NCBI GenBank assembly: GCA_965198115.1
Contig: OZ240241.1
Location: 6,688,001 to 6,752,000, forward strand
Length of the DNA: 64,000 nt
Direction of reading: 5' to 3'
Origin: Candidatus Latescibacterota bacterium
GTDB taxonomy: Bacteria; Latescibacterota; UBA2968
Part shown: piece after piece, positions 38,855 to 49,058 of the stretch
Layout of the letters: the number at the start of each line of letters is the position of its first letter
Position numbering within the stretch: position 1 is the first letter of the stretch
The notes under the pieces: generated by a model
Databases searched by the model: none
The model's input: only the letters and a program-made list of their open reading frames with translations
Told to the model about the DNA's origin: nothing
Program-made: the position numbers and the translations under genes

Positions 38855-40228
38855 GAGCTATAATCAAAAGGTGTGGAAAAAGAGAAAGGGCGACCCTACC
38901 CTTCCCGTGAGATAGTTGATTCACACAAAACCGGGTGAGAGGCCCGGTTGGGAAGGAGGATCGCCGTGAAGGAACATACGCATAGAGCCCCATTGAAGTC
39001 CATGCCGACGTGGGAGACGGTTGACGATTGGATCCGTGAAGAGATCCAGGGCCGGTTCCAGTCCATTCTGGAGGAGGAGGCGACCGCGTTCTTGGGCCGG
39101 TCGTGGTATGAGCGCCGAGCCGAGGTCGATAGCTCCAGGGGCTACAGGAACGGCTACGGCAAGCCCCGGCGTCTCTCGACGAGCTGCGGAACGATCAAGG
39201 TCCGGCGTCCCCGGGTTCGTGGTCTGGAAGAGCGGTTTGAAAGCCGCATCCTCCCCCTGTTCGCCCGGAGAACCAGGGCCATTGGAGATCTGCTTCCCGA
39301 CCTTTATCTCCACGGTCTCTCCCAGGGCGACTTCGAGTTGTCTTTGCGTGCGCTGCTCGGTGATGGCGCGCCGCTTTCGCCGACCTCGATCGCTCGTCTT
39401 CGAGGGAAGTGGGAGGTCGACTTCCAGGACTGGAAAGAAAGGCGTCTGGATAATCGCGAACTGGTCTACGCCTGGGCTGATGGCATCTACGTCAAAGCCG
39501 GGCTCGAGCGCGAGAAGGCGTGTCTGCTGGTCGTGATCGGCGCGATGAGCGACGGCAGCAAGGAGATCCTGGCGATAGAACCCGGTTATCGAGAGTCTAC
39601 AGAATCCTGGCTCACGGTGCTCCGGGATCTCCGGGATCGCGGGCTCGAACATCCTGTCCTGATCGCCGCGGACGGGAATATGGGCATCTGGGCGGCCGTT
39701 GATCAGGTCTGGCCAGAGAGCCGGCAACAACGGTGCTGGAACCACAAGATCCTCAACGTGCTCGACAAGGTCGCCAAGCGTGCACAGGCTGAAGCCCGCG
39801 CACTGCTCGTCCAGATCCCCTATGCCGGCACGAAAAAGGAGGCCGAGAAGCTCCGGAAACGCTTTGCCGCACGGTATCGCTCACAGTTCCCTGCCGCCGT
39901 GGAGACGCTCGAAAGAGACTGGGATCGGATGGTCACGTTCTACGACTTCCCGAAGGAACACTGGAAACACCTGAGAACCACGAACGTCGTCGAGAGCCCC
40001 TTTGCTTCCGTTCGGCTTCGCACAAACGCCGCCAGGCGATTCAAGAAAGTCAGGAACGCCACGGCTCTCATCTGGCGTACGCTCAAGGTCGCAGAGAGCC
40101 GATTCAGGAAACTCACCGCGCCACACTTGCTACAACAAGTCTACGATCAGAAACACTCAACCGGACCGCAGGTCGAAGCCGGGAAGATGGCCGCCTGATT
40201 TCTTTTACACACCTATTGACCTGAGCTC
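38855..40228 (+). mobile_element. IS256 family element, copy 1 (1374 bp)
   Basis: Ends GAGCT..AGGTGTG..AAAAG / CTTTTACACACCT..AGCTC; 9-bp DR ATACGCACA at 38846-38854 and 40229-40237. Confidence 0.95.
38966..40198 (+). CDS. IS256 family transposase
   Basis: Motifs YRNGY, WADG, ADG, QRCWNHK, RTTNVVES; GTG start with AGGAGG RBS. Confidence 0.95.
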   Translation: MKEHTHRAPLKSMPTWETVDDWIREEIQGRFQSILEEEATAFLGRSWYERRAEVDSSRGYRNGYGKPRRLSTSCGTIKVRRPRVRGLEERFESRILPLFARRTRAIGDLLPDLYLHGLSQGDFELSLRALLGDGAPLSPTSIARLRGKWEVDFQDWKERRLDNRELVYAWADGIYVKAGLEREKACLLVVIGAMSDGSKEILAIEPGYRESTESWLTVLRDLRDRGLEHPVLIAADGNMGIWAAVDQVWPESRQQRCWNHKILNVLDKVAKRAQAEARALLVQIPYAGTKKEAEKLRKRFAARYRSQFPAAVETLERDWDRMVTFYDFPKEHWKHLRTTNVVESPFASVRLRTNAARRFKKVRNATALIWRTLKVAESRFRKLTAPHLLQQVYDQKHSTGPQVEAGKMAA

Positions 40229-40254
40229 ATACGCACATCTTAAAATGTTCAATG

Positions 40255-41364
40255 TCAATGTCCTCGGGCGTCGATGGGCCACGTTTCGGTCCATTGGCCC
40301 GAGCTGTCGATGACGTAAGCTTCGTCCCACATGTTGACGGTGGTGCAGACGTGCGCGGGCACGAGGTAGAGGACGTCGCCGACACGCGGGGGCTCCTGGC
40401 CCTTCGGCCAGCGAAGGAGCTGATGCTCTTCGTTTCGAATCAGGAATTCCGGTTCACCGTCCAATCCGAGGATACGGAAGTGGGGGGCCGGGGTGTCGGG
40501 TGCGACGGATTTGTTCCCCGCGTCGAGGGTGACGAGGTCATCGGCCGGTCTGCTGAGGACGCGTGAGATGATGAGCGCCGCCCACTTGAACGGGAATTCG
40601 AGAAAATCGCCGTAGCCGGTGTCCCACAATGTCCAGGTACCGGGCGAGACGGTGTCGACGGCCGCCTCGCGGGCGGAGACGTCGAACCCGCGCGATCCGG
40701 ATGCCACGACTTCGTTGATGGGGATGCCGGCTTCCTCGATGAGGCTGCGGGTCTCCACGCCGAGGTCAATCGAAGCCTTGGCTTCCTGTTGCCGCTCTTC
40801 ATCCGGCCCGCCGCCGACGTGGCCGTCGTAGACGTGCAGACCTTTGAAGGTCAGCCCCGGCGCATCGTGAATGAGACGGGCAAGCTTGAGACTCGGTTCA
40901 CCGGGGGTCGATCCGGTTCGGTTGAGTCCCGTGTTCAGGTCGATGAGTACGCCAACGGTGACGTCGGCGGCCTGACACGCTTCGCTGAGGATGGCGATGG
41001 CGCCGGGGTCGTCGGCGATGATTTTGAAGTCGACGTCGGGGTGAGTCCGACGCAACTCGATGATGCGATGGATCTGGGGGCCGACGATGTGATAGGCGAT
41101 GACGATGTCCTTCGCGCCGACACCCGCGAGCATGGCCGCTTCTTTGGGCGTCGCGCATTTGAACTTGGTGACCCCCGCTGCCATTTCCATTCGTGCGATC
41201 TGTGACATTTTGTGGGTCTTGATGTGTGGACGCAGCCCGCCGTATCCTCCGACGATATTTCCCACGGTTTTGATGTTGTGTTCGACGAAATCCCGATAGA
41301 CGACGAGCGCGGGTGAGACAATTTCGTCGATGTTGGCGATTCGGTAGTCAGCGAGTGATGACAT
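40255..41364 (-). CDS. D-threonine aldolase/DSD1-like PLP enzyme (alanine racemase fold)
   Basis: Motifs LRPHIKTHK, DLNTGLNRTG, YDGH, NEEH, HVCTTVN. Confidence 0.85.
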   Translation of the reverse strand: MSSLADYRIANIDEIVSPALVVYRDFVEHNIKTVGNIVGGYGGLRPHIKTHKMSQIARMEMAAGVTKFKCATPKEAAMLAGVGAKDIVIAYHIVGPQIHRIIELRRTHPDVDFKIIADDPGAIAILSEACQAADVTVGVLIDLNTGLNRTGSTPGEPSLKLARLIHDAPGLTFKGLHVYDGHVGGGPDEERQQEAKASIDLGVETRSLIEEAGIPINEVVASGSRGFDVSAREAAVDTVSPGTWTLWDTGYGDFLEFPFKWAALIISRVLSRPADDLVTLDAGNKSVAPDTPAPHFRILGLDGEPEFLIRNEEHQLLRWPKGQEPPRVGDVLYLVPAHVCTTVNMWDEAYVIDSSGQWTETWPIDARGH

Positions 41365-41941
41365 CTTCGATCCAGTCGAGAAGTTCGTGACGCCCCGCTC
41401 CCGTGGTGGCGGAGAAGGGCACGATCGGGATATCTCCGATCTGTGCGACGATACGCTCAGTTTGGGCGAGACGATTTCGACCCTTGTTCTTGGATAGCTT
41501 GTCGATCTTCGTCGCGACGAGGAGAAAACGACGTTCGCCACTCGCGAGGTAGTCGACCATGTTCAGATCTTCGGGGGTGGGATCGTGACGAGCGTCGATG
41601 AGGTGCACGACACCCCGCAGCTTCTGACTCGTTTCCAGATAACCGTTGACCAGGGATGCCCACTGTCTGCGTTCGGTCTTGGATCGTTTCGCGAACCCGT
41701 AGCCGGGCAGGTCGACGAAGTGCACGTTGCGGTTGATGAGGTAGAAGTTGAGTGTTCGTGTTTTGCCGGGTGTGTTGCTCGTCTGAGCCAGCGACTTCCT
41801 ATTCATCAATCGATTGATGAGCGAAGACTTCCCGACGTTCGACCGGCCGGCGAAAGCGACTTCGGGAAAGTCTTCGTGGGGGAGCTGATCGAGTCGGCCC
41901 ACGCTGGTGACGAACTCGGATTGTTGAACCTGAAGGGCCAC
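41348..41941 (-). CDS. engB: Ribosome biogenesis GTPase EngB (YihA/YsxC)
   Basis: Motifs GRSNVGKSS, PGKT, DLPGYG, TKID. Confidence 0.95.
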   Translation of the reverse strand: MALQVQQSEFVTSVGRLDQLPHEDFPEVAFAGRSNVGKSSLINRLMNRKSLAQTSNTPGKTRTLNFYLINRNVHFVDLPGYGFAKRSKTERRQWASLVNGYLETSQKLRGVVHLIDARHDPTPEDLNMVDYLASGERRFLLVATKIDKLSKNKGRNRLAQTERIVAQIGDIPIVPFSATTGAGRHELLDWIEDVITR

Positions 41942-42019
41942 CGGCGGCCTCGGTTTTCGGACAAAACAAAACCGGGGTCGGGAAACCCCGGGCGCGTCAT
42001 CGACGGGCGAAGGCCTTGA

Positions 42020-43261
42020 TCAGGCGCGCTTCTTTTTCTCGAGCTTGAGGAAGGCTGTTTTCGGATTGCTGATGAGGTCTTCGGTCACGATGATTTCCTT
42101 CGGACCGCCCTCCGTCGGCAGGTAGTACATCAGGTCGAGCATAACGGACTCGAGAACGGCTCGCAGGCCTCGAGCACCCGTGCCTTTCGTCACGGTGCTT
42201 TCGACGACGGTGTGCAGGGCGGACTCGTCGAAAGTGAGTTCGACACCATCCATTTCGAACAACTTCTGGAACTGCTTGGTGATGGCGTTCTTTGGCTCGG
42301 TGAGGATACGAAGCAGCGCGTCTTCGTCGAGGCTGTCGAGGGCACAGACGACGGGGAGACGACCGATGAGTTCGGGTATCAGTCCGTATTTAATGAGGTC
42401 TTCGGGTTCGGCCTCGGCGAAGATCTGTCCGATCGTTTTATCGTCTCGTTGAACCTTGTCTGTCGCGAACCCCATCGTCTTGCGTCCGATGCGCGCACTG
42501 ATGATGTCGTCGAGGCTGTCGAAGGCGCCACCGCAGATGAACAGGATGTTCTTCGTGTTGACCTGGATCAGCGGCTGTTCGGGATGCTTTCGCCCACCCT
42601 TGGGTGGAATGCTGGCGATCGTCCCTTCGAGCATTTTGAGCAGCGCCTGCTGAACACCCTCGCCCGATACGTCGCGTGTGATTGAGGGATTCGCCGATTT
42701 GCGGGAGATTTTATCGATTTCGTCAATGTAGAGAATGCCCATCTCGGCGCGTTCGACGTCGTAGTCGGCGGCCTGCAACAGTCTCACGAGAATGTTTTCG
42801 ACGTCTTCGCCGACGTAGCCCGCCTCGGTGAGGATGGTGGCATCGGCGATGGAGAAAGGCACCTGGAGGATGCGTGCGAGCGTCTTGGCGAGTTCGGTTT
42901 TGCCGACGCCGGTCGGTCCGAGCAGGAGGATGTTGCTTTTCTCGAGTTCGACGTCGTCGGTGGTGACCTTGGACTGGATACGCTTGTAGTGATTGTAGAC
43001 AGCGACGGATAACGAGCGCTTGGCCTGCTCCTGGCCGATGACGTATTCGTCGAGCTGCGACTTGATTTCGGCTGGCTTGGGAAGATCCTTGTGAAGGTGG
43101 ACGGGCTTCTGCTTGACGTCCTCCATCAAAACTTCGTTGCAGAGCTTGATGCATTCGTTGCAGATGTGGACGCCGGGTCCGGTGACGATCTTTTCGACTT
43201 GATCGGCACGCTTGCCGCAGAACGAACAGCGGATTTCGGCTTTGGAGGAGCGTCGCTTCAT
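42020..43261 (-). CDS. clpX: ATP-dependent Clp protease ATP-binding subunit ClpX
   Basis: CSFCGK..ICNEC zinc finger; [27 protein letters not shown]. Confidence 0.97.
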   Translation of the reverse strand: MKRRSSKAEIRCSFCGKRADQVEKIVTGPGVHICNECIKLCNEVLMEDVKQKPVHLHKDLPKPAEIKSQLDEYVIGQEQAKRSLSVAVYNHYKRIQSKVTTDDVELEKSNILLLGPTGVGKTELAKTLARILQVPFSIADATILTEAGYVGEDVENILVRLLQAADYDVERAEMGILYIDEIDKISRKSANPSITRDVSGEGVQQALLKMLEGTIASIPPKGGRKHPEQPLIQVNTKNILFICGGAFDSLDDIISARIGRKTMGFATDKVQRDDKTIGQIFAEAEPEDLIKYGLIPELIGRLPVVCALDSLDEDALLRILTEPKNAITKQFQKLFEMDGVELTFDESALHTVVESTVTKGTGARGLRAVLESVMLDLMYYLPTEGGPKEIIVTEDLISNPKTAFLKLEKKKRA

Positions 43262-43295
43262 GGGTTATCCCGAGAGAAGCCGATACGCGGTCGTT

Positions 43296-43907
43296 TTAGG
43301 ATTCCTCGTCGTCATCATCGCCACTCGAATTGGGCTGAAGTACCTCGTCGATTACGCCATAGTCCAACGCTTCTTCGGCTGACAGGAAGAAGTCGCGGTC
43401 GGAGTCTTTGGCGATGCGTTCCAGATCCTGGCCCGTACACTCGGCGAGCAGGTTGTTCAGTCGGTCGCGGTACTGCAGAATCTCTTTTGCGTGGCGTTCG
43501 ACGTCGGATGCCTGACCACCCGCGCCACCCATGGGCTGGTGTATGAGGATTCGGGAATTGGGCAGCGCCCGTCGCTGACCATTCGTACCACCGGCCAGCA
43601 GTATGGCTCCCATGCTGAAAGCCTGGCCGACACAGATCGTCTCGACCTCGTTTGTGACATATTGCATGGTGTCGTAAATGGCCAGTCCTGCCGTAATACT
43701 TCCCCCCGGCGAATTGATGTAGAGCGAAATCCGTCTGTCGGGCGTCTCGGCCGTGCAGAACAACATCTGCGCGATCACGAGGTTGGCGATCGTGTCGTTG
43801 ATCGGCGTACCGATGAAGATGATGTTATCGCGAAGCAGACGCGAGAAAATATCGTAGGTCCGCTCACCGCGTCCTGTCTGTTCCAGTACCATCGGAACCA
43901 AAGCCAT
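43296..43907 (-). CDS. clpP: ATP-dependent Clp protease proteolytic subunit
   Basis: Motifs [27 protein letters not shown]. Confidence 0.97.
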   Translation of the reverse strand: MALVPMVLEQTGRGERTYDIFSRLLRDNIIFIGTPINDTIANLVIAQMLFCTAETPDRRISLYINSPGGSITAGLAIYDTMQYVTNEVETICVGQAFSMGAILLAGGTNGQRRALPNSRILIHQPMGGAGGQASDVERHAKEILQYRDRLNNLLAECTGQDLERIAKDSDRDFFLSAEEALDYGVIDEVLQPNSSGDDDDEES

Positions 43908-44009
43908 GTTCAACTACCTACACTTTCTATTGTAAAGAAAACCTGAACACAAAGGCGCTAAGACGCGAAGGAGAACCAGAAGGTGTAGAAGGGCCTCTCA
44001 ACCCCCTTA

Positions 44010-45302
44010 GGGTTCGGAATAAATAAACGGTCGATCTCAATGTTGAGCCATTGGCCGGATCGTGTAGTTCCAGTCGCCGTGGAAATCGTGCGGAGTGAGA
44101 TCGATTTGGGTCATCTGTTCATCGGTCACCTTGACCCCGTTAGGGTAGGGTCGCTTGTCGATCTCGGAGCGTACTCGGAGACCGGCTTGAGTGGTCGTTC
44201 CGGCAATGAGATTCACGGTTGCAGCCAGGCTGACCAGGGGCTTGCCTCGCCAGTTCATAGCGATGAAGGAGAACAGGCGATGTTCGATCTTGTTCCACTT
44301 ACTAGTGCCAGGAGGGTAGTGGCATACGGTGATCGTCAGGCCAGTGCGATTCGCAAAGCGCTGCAGCTCCCACTTCCACAGCCGCGTCTTGGCGCCGTTG
44401 CTGCCGCCTGCGTCCGCCGTGATTAGCAGATGCGTCGAAGTGCCGTAGGCGGGCCGTCCCATGTTCTTCCACCAACTTCGGATCGCATTCACGGCGAAGC
44501 TGGCCGTGTCGTGATCGATACCGACACTTACCCAGCCTTCATCACGGCTCAGATCATACACTCCATAAGGGATCGCCTTGCCCTGAGCAGGCACTATGAA
44601 ATCGTGTACCTTCACACGCTCCGGGTCTCCCTTGGGTCGCCATTCTCGGCCAGGATTCTTGAAGTCGCCGATCAACTCTTTCTTCTTGGTGTCCACCGAG
44701 ATAACGGGAAGGCCCTGCTGCTGCTGCTGGCTAATCCGATCATCGAGGTAAACGAACTGAGCGTCCCGATCCGGGTGTGCAGATCCCTCCCTTGTCTTCC
44801 GATTCGCCTGCAGCGTGTAATCGTGTTCGTGCAGGAGATTGGCAACGATCCTGGGGCTCACCGAATGCCCCATCGCTTGCAACTCGGCGGCCAGTTTGCG
44901 AGTGCTCTTCGATGTCCATCTCAGAGGATTGTCGTCAGGCGACCCCGCAGTCGTTGGCTCGACCAGATCATTCAGGTCCTGCCACAGCGTCGGGTCCGTG
45001 TCGGCCTTCCGCTTACGACCGCCGCCTGGACGCCGGATGCGAGCCGGGTCCAAAGGTTCGTCCGACCTCAACTCCTGAATGCCACGAAAGATCCGCTCTC
45101 TGGACATTCCTGTCGCCAGAGCCACAATCGCGATCCCACCGTGACCCAACGCTTCGGCTTCCGTGGCGGCCCACAGACGACGCGTGCGTTCCGTCAGCAC
45201 CGGAGCCAAGGCTTCATACTTCGTTCGGAGAGTTTCGACGTCCACACTCCGAGCGTAAGATCATTACCTTGAAAAGTGCAGCACTTATTTCGTGGCAAAC
45301 CC
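44010..45302 (-). mobile_element. ISAzo13 family insertion sequence
   Basis: Imperfect IRs GGGTTCGGAATAAATAA / GGGTTTGCCACGAAATAA; flanks CTTA[element]TAAG. Confidence 0.85.
44037..45245 (-). CDS. ISAzo13 family transposase
   Basis: Motifs RIRRPGGGRK, ISVDTKKKELIG, ADAGGSN, PPGTSKWNKIEHRLFS, HGDWNYTI. Confidence 0.95.
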   Translation of the reverse strand: MDVETLRTKYEALAPVLTERTRRLWAATEAEALGHGGIAIVALATGMSRERIFRGIQELRSDEPLDPARIRRPGGGRKRKADTDPTLWQDLNDLVEPTTAGSPDDNPLRWTSKSTRKLAAELQAMGHSVSPRIVANLLHEHDYTLQANRKTREGSAHPDRDAQFVYLDDRISQQQQQGLPVISVDTKKKELIGDFKNPGREWRPKGDPERVKVHDFIVPAQGKAIPYGVYDLSRDEGWVSVGIDHDTASFAVNAIRSWWKNMGRPAYGTSTHLLITADAGGSNGAKTRLWKWELQRFANRTGLTITVCHYPPGTSKWNKIEHRLFSFIAMNWRGKPLVSLAATVNLIAGTTTQAGLRVRSEIDKRPYPNGVKVTDEQMTQIDLTPHDFHGDWNYTIRPMAQH

Positions 45303-45344
45303 TAAGCTGTGTCTTTCTTCGTGTCTCGCGAGTTCGTGTTGCTC

Positions 45345-46622
45345 TTATTCCCCGACGGTCTCTTCGACGTCTTCCACTTTTGCGTTTTCGATCAGGAGGT
45401 CGAAGACCTTGTCGTCGCGCAATTCGGACTGGATGCGGTCGAGCTGCCCCGATCGGCTGAGGATCTGGCGAATCCGGGAGCCTTCGACGTTGTGCCGTTC
45501 AGACATGGCTTCGAGATGTTTGTCGACGTCTTCTTCCGTCACTTCGACGCTTTCGTGTTCCGCGATCGCCTCAATGAGAAGGTAGCGTTTAACACCTCGC
45601 TCTGCCCCCGCCCGTCCCTCCGTGCGAAAGGCCTCTTCGTCGATTTCCTGGCCCTGTCGTTCCCGTTTGATCGATTCGATCATGTTCTCGATGTAATTGT
45701 CGACCATGCTGTCGGGGACGTCGAACGGGTTCTGCGCGATCAGCTCTTCAACGATGTTTTCGACGAGTCGGTTGCGTGACGCGGAATCGGCTTGCCCCTG
45801 AATGTCGTCGCGGATGCGCTGTCTGAGAGCTTCGAGAGACTCGAAGTCGCCCAGATCCTTTGCGAACTCGTCATCCAGTTCGTGGAGTTCGCGCTCGCGA
45901 ATCTCCTTGGCGGTGACTCGGAATTTCGTCGTGTGCTCGTGTGACTCACCATCTTCGTGCTCGTGCGTGTGAGCGTAGTCGACGCTTCGTTCATCGCCAA
46001 CGGATAGACCCACGAGCTGGTTGTCGAGATCGTGGTTCGCGTTTGGACCGCCGATCAGGAAGACGCGATCTTCCTGCTGTTGTCCCTGCACGGGATTCCC
46101 GTCGTCATCGAGTTCGACAAAGTCAGCGACCAGCACGTCCCCGAGTGCGGCGGGGCGATCAACACTCGTTTCCGTGGCGTTCTGCTCGCGCATCATGTGA
46201 AGACGTTCATCGACCTGCTCGTCGCCGATCTTGTAGACCGGTCGGACGACTTTGAGCTTCTTGTAGGCTTTGACTTCGATGTCGGGCTTAACGTCGACCG
46301 AGGCCCTGAACTTGAGGGGTTCACCATCTTCGTAGGAAGCGTCTTCGATTGTGGCCTGCGAAACCGGAGTTATGCCCTCGGCCTGACTGGCTTCACGATA
46401 GAACTCTTCCTCGGTCTTGCTCAGCACTTCTTCGAGAATGGCGGGCCCGAAGCGGGATTTGACCACGCTTACGGGCACCTTACCCTTCCGGAAACCGGGC
46501 AAATTTAGAGACTTGCTGTAGGATTTGTAGGCCTCTGCAAGTCTCTTCTTGACGTCATCCGCCGAGACTTCGATATCGAGCGTTTTGCGCCACGATCCCG
46601 AATCCGTGACTTCGACTTTCAT
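45345..46622 (-). CDS. tig: Trigger factor
   Basis: Ribosome-binding signature PGFRKGKVP; ELDDEFAK; upstream of clpP-clpX. Confidence 0.95.
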   Translation of the reverse strand: MKVEVTDSGSWRKTLDIEVSADDVKKRLAEAYKSYSKSLNLPGFRKGKVPVSVVKSRFGPAILEEVLSKTEEEFYREASQAEGITPVSQATIEDASYEDGEPLKFRASVDVKPDIEVKAYKKLKVVRPVYKIGDEQVDERLHMMREQNATETSVDRPAALGDVLVADFVELDDDGNPVQGQQQEDRVFLIGGPNANHDLDNQLVGLSVGDERSVDYAHTHEHEDGESHEHTTKFRVTAKEIRERELHELDDEFAKDLGDFESLEALRQRIRDDIQGQADSASRNRLVENIVEELIAQNPFDVPDSMVDNYIENMIESIKRERQGQEIDEEAFRTEGRAGAERGVKRYLLIEAIAEHESVEVTEEDVDKHLEAMSERHNVEGSRIRQILSRSGQLDRIQSELRDDKVFDLLIENAKVEDVEETVGE

Positions 46623-46731
46623 GCAGCCTGATAACCTTCCTGAACCTACCCTAACAAGAGCCCCTCTGGCTCTGTAAGGTTGGTGAAATCAACACGATAG
46701 ACCGAGTGACACATTCGCCACTGAACGGGAA

Positions 46732-46760
46732 ATGATACATAAATGGCCGTAGTATGTCAA
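46732..46760 (-). promoter_or_regulatory. sigma70-type promoter for tig
   Basis: TTGACA-N17-TATCAT on the minus strand. Confidence 0.7.
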
Positions 46761-46886
46761 TTCTCTCAGGTTCGCCTCGCGTGGATGCGCTCACTCTTTT
46801 GAGCCCGTGGGCGCCCCTGAATCCGCCTTGACCTCGCCAATCGCCCCACGTTTCTTTGCGCGTCCGGTAACCTCCGCTTTTTAACT

Positions 46887-47523
46887 AAACCTTGGTAAGC
46901 CCCCGGCTCTGCCGGGGAGACTCCCAGAGTTTGACAGTTCCAGAAATATGTAAGAGCCTCCCTTGCCGTGGACCGCTCAAAGCACACGGAAGGAAGGCTC
47001 TCTAATGAACAACGTAAGGAGTCTACGTCACACGGTTTGGGAGTGCAAGTATGACGTTGTTTGGGTTCGGAAGTATCGTAGAAAAGTGTTGTATGGTGAA
47101 ATTCGTCGCTATCTGGGCGAGGTGATTCGGGATCTGGCCGCACAGAAGGAATGCCGTGTGGAAGAGGGTCACCTGCGATCCGACCATGTGCACACGCTGA
47201 TTTCGATCCCGCCGAAGCACTCAGTAGCTCAGACGGTAGGGTTCATCAAAGGAAAGAGTGCGATTCACATTGCTCGGAACTATCTGGGACGCAGGTCGAA
47301 CTTCACCGGGCAGCATTTCTGGGCAAGAGGCTACTGGGTCTCCACCGTTGGCAAGGATGAACAGACGGTTCGGGAGTATATCCAGAACCAGGAGCGGGAG
47401 GACCGGCGTCTCGACCAGCTCAACATTTTCAGGTAATCGCCACCTTTAGGTGGCGCTTGGTTTCCAACCGCTTTGAGCGGTTCACAAGTTTTCAAGCCTC
47501 CGGCTTTGCCGGAGGTCATGACT
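46887..47523 (+). mobile_element. IS200/IS605 family element, tnpA-only (ends approximate)
   Basis: Subterminal hairpins CCCCGGCTCTGCCGGGG (46901-46917) and CCTCCGGCTTTGCCGGAGG (47497-47515), both preceded by AAG; no tnpB. Confidence 0.85.
47005..47436 (+). CDS. tnpA: IS200/IS605 Y1 transposase
   Basis: HUH motif DHVH; KGKS, FWARGY; catalytic Tyr in YIQNQ. Confidence 0.95.
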   Translation: MNNVRSLRHTVWECKYDVVWVRKYRRKVLYGEIRRYLGEVIRDLAAQKECRVEEGHLRSDHVHTLISIPPKHSVAQTVGFIKGKSAIHIARNYLGRRSNFTGQHFWARGYWVSTVGKDEQTVREYIQNQEREDRRLDQLNIFR

Positions 47524-47548
47524 GTCTTACACGATTTGGACCGTTTTT

Positions 47549-49057
47549 TTGGCGTCGATCGAGTCGAATTTCGCTCCGCTGGATTGGGCGGTGGTGATCG
47601 TCTATCTCGGGGCGACGGTGTGGATCGGCGTCAAGGCCAACCGTCTCGTTCGGGGGATGGCCGACTATGTGGTCGCCGGCCGTCGTCTGAAGAGCGCGCT
47701 GGCGGTGGCGACGATGATCGGTAGCGAGCTGGGTCTGGTGACGGTCGTCTACTCCGCGCAGAAGGGCTTTACGGGGGGATTTGCGGCCTTCCACATCGGG
47801 CTGATCGCCGGAGTGGTGACGCTTCTGGTGGGGATGACCGGGTTCATCGTCGTGCCGCTGCGATCGATGGGAGTAATGACGATTCCGGAGTTCTACGAGC
47901 GTCGGTTCAGCCGAGGCGTGAGGATCGCCGGTGGCCTGATTCTGTCGCTGTCCGGAATCTTGAACATGGGGTTGTTCCTGAAGGCCGGTGCGATTTTCGT
48001 GACGGCGTTGACAGGGTTGCGCGATCCGGTGTGGGTCAGTGTGGTGTTGCTGGTGCTGGTTCTGATCTACACGGTGCTGGGTGGGATGGTGTCGGTCGTT
48101 CTGACCGATTATGTGCAGTTCGTCGTTCTGTCTTTCGGATTGCTGGCCGCGTCGGTGTTGGCTGTGACACATCTTGGATGGGACCGGATCGTCGAATCCG
48201 TGACTTACGTACACGGGCCTTCGGGGTTCGATCCGTTGATCGAAGGCAGCGGGTTCGGGCCGACGTATGTGATGTGGATGATTTTTACGGCGGGGCTCGT
48301 CTCGTGTGCCGTCTGGCAGACGTCGGTGATGCGCGCCTGTGCGGCGGAGAGTGTGGATGTCGTGCGCAGACTGTATCGATGGTCCTCGATCGGGTTTCTG
48401 ATCCGCTTCGTGGTGCCCCAGTTTTTGGGGATCTGCGCGCTGGCCTACCTGTTGGATCACGAGGTGGGACGATCGATGTTCTTCGACGATGGCGGGCCGA
48501 CGTCCGATCCGATGGCGAGTCTGCAGGCGATGCCCGTCTTTCTGGGTCAGCTTCTGCCAACTGGGTTGATCGGACTGATCGGCGCGGGGCTGCTCGCCGC
48601 GTTCATGTCGACGCACGACAGCTACCTGTTGTGCTGGTCTTCGGTGCTCGTGCAGGATGTGATTGCACCGATTGCGGGTGACCGACTGACCGATCGTGTG
48701 AGGCTGCTGCTGACTCGAGTGTTGATCGTCGTAATCGGCATCTTTCTGCTGGTGTGGGGGTTGTGGTACGAGCTGGGACAGGATCTGTGGGATTACATGG
48801 CGGTGAGTGGCGCGATTTACTTCACGGGTGCGTTCGCCCTGTTGTTGACGGGGCTGTATTGGAAACGTGCGAACACTGTCGGCGCGTATCTCGCGATGGG
48901 CGCCGGATGCTGCGCCGTCCTGGGTCTGGGACCTGTGAAGGCGGCCGCCGGCCTGAATGCGTGGACGGGGGCGGAGATCGGGTTGGCGACGACTGGTCTG
49001 TCCCTGGGGCTGATGATTCTCGCCGCGCTTGTTTTCCCGATGCGAAAGGCGGTCTGA
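47549..49057 (+). CDS. Sodium:solute symporter family protein
   Basis: About 13 hydrophobic segments; motifs DYVVAGR, TIPEFYERRF, GGMVSVVLTDYVQF, AAFMST. Start lies in a T7 run and is uncertain. Confidence 0.9.
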   Translation: MASIESNFAPLDWAVVIVYLGATVWIGVKANRLVRGMADYVVAGRRLKSALAVATMIGSELGLVTVVYSAQKGFTGGFAAFHIGLIAGVVTLLVGMTGFIVVPLRSMGVMTIPEFYERRFSRGVRIAGGLILSLSGILNMGLFLKAGAIFVTALTGLRDPVWVSVVLLVLVLIYTVLGGMVSVVLTDYVQFVVLSFGLLAASVLAVTHLGWDRIVESVTYVHGPSGFDPLIEGSGFGPTYVMWMIFTAGLVSCAVWQTSVMRACAAESVDVVRRLYRWSSIGFLIRFVVPQFLGICALAYLLDHEVGRSMFFDDGGPTSDPMASLQAMPVFLGQLLPTGLIGLIGAGLLAAFMSTHDSYLLCWSSVLVQDVIAPIAGDRLTDRVRLLLTRVLIVVIGIFLLVWGLWYELGQDLWDYMAVSGAIYFTGAFALLLTGLYWKRANTVGAYLAMGAGCCAVLGLGPVKAAAGLNAWTGAEIGLATTGLSLGLMILAALVFPMRKAV

Positions 49058-49058
49058 C

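Noticed and set aside
46623-46886. tRNA upstream of tig
   Set aside because: No T-loop GTTCRA with cloverleaf stems on either strand.
47437-47523. TnpB/omega-RNA system
   Set aside because: No tnpB or iscB ORF follows tnpA; the hairpins are explained by the IS200 right end.
47516-48616. Long antisense or alternate-frame ORFs (also 4062-5060, 11697-12788, 38921-39745, 53101-53595)
   Set aside because: They are shadows of high-GC coding strands with Arg/Pro/His-rich or (GS)n composition and no family motifs.
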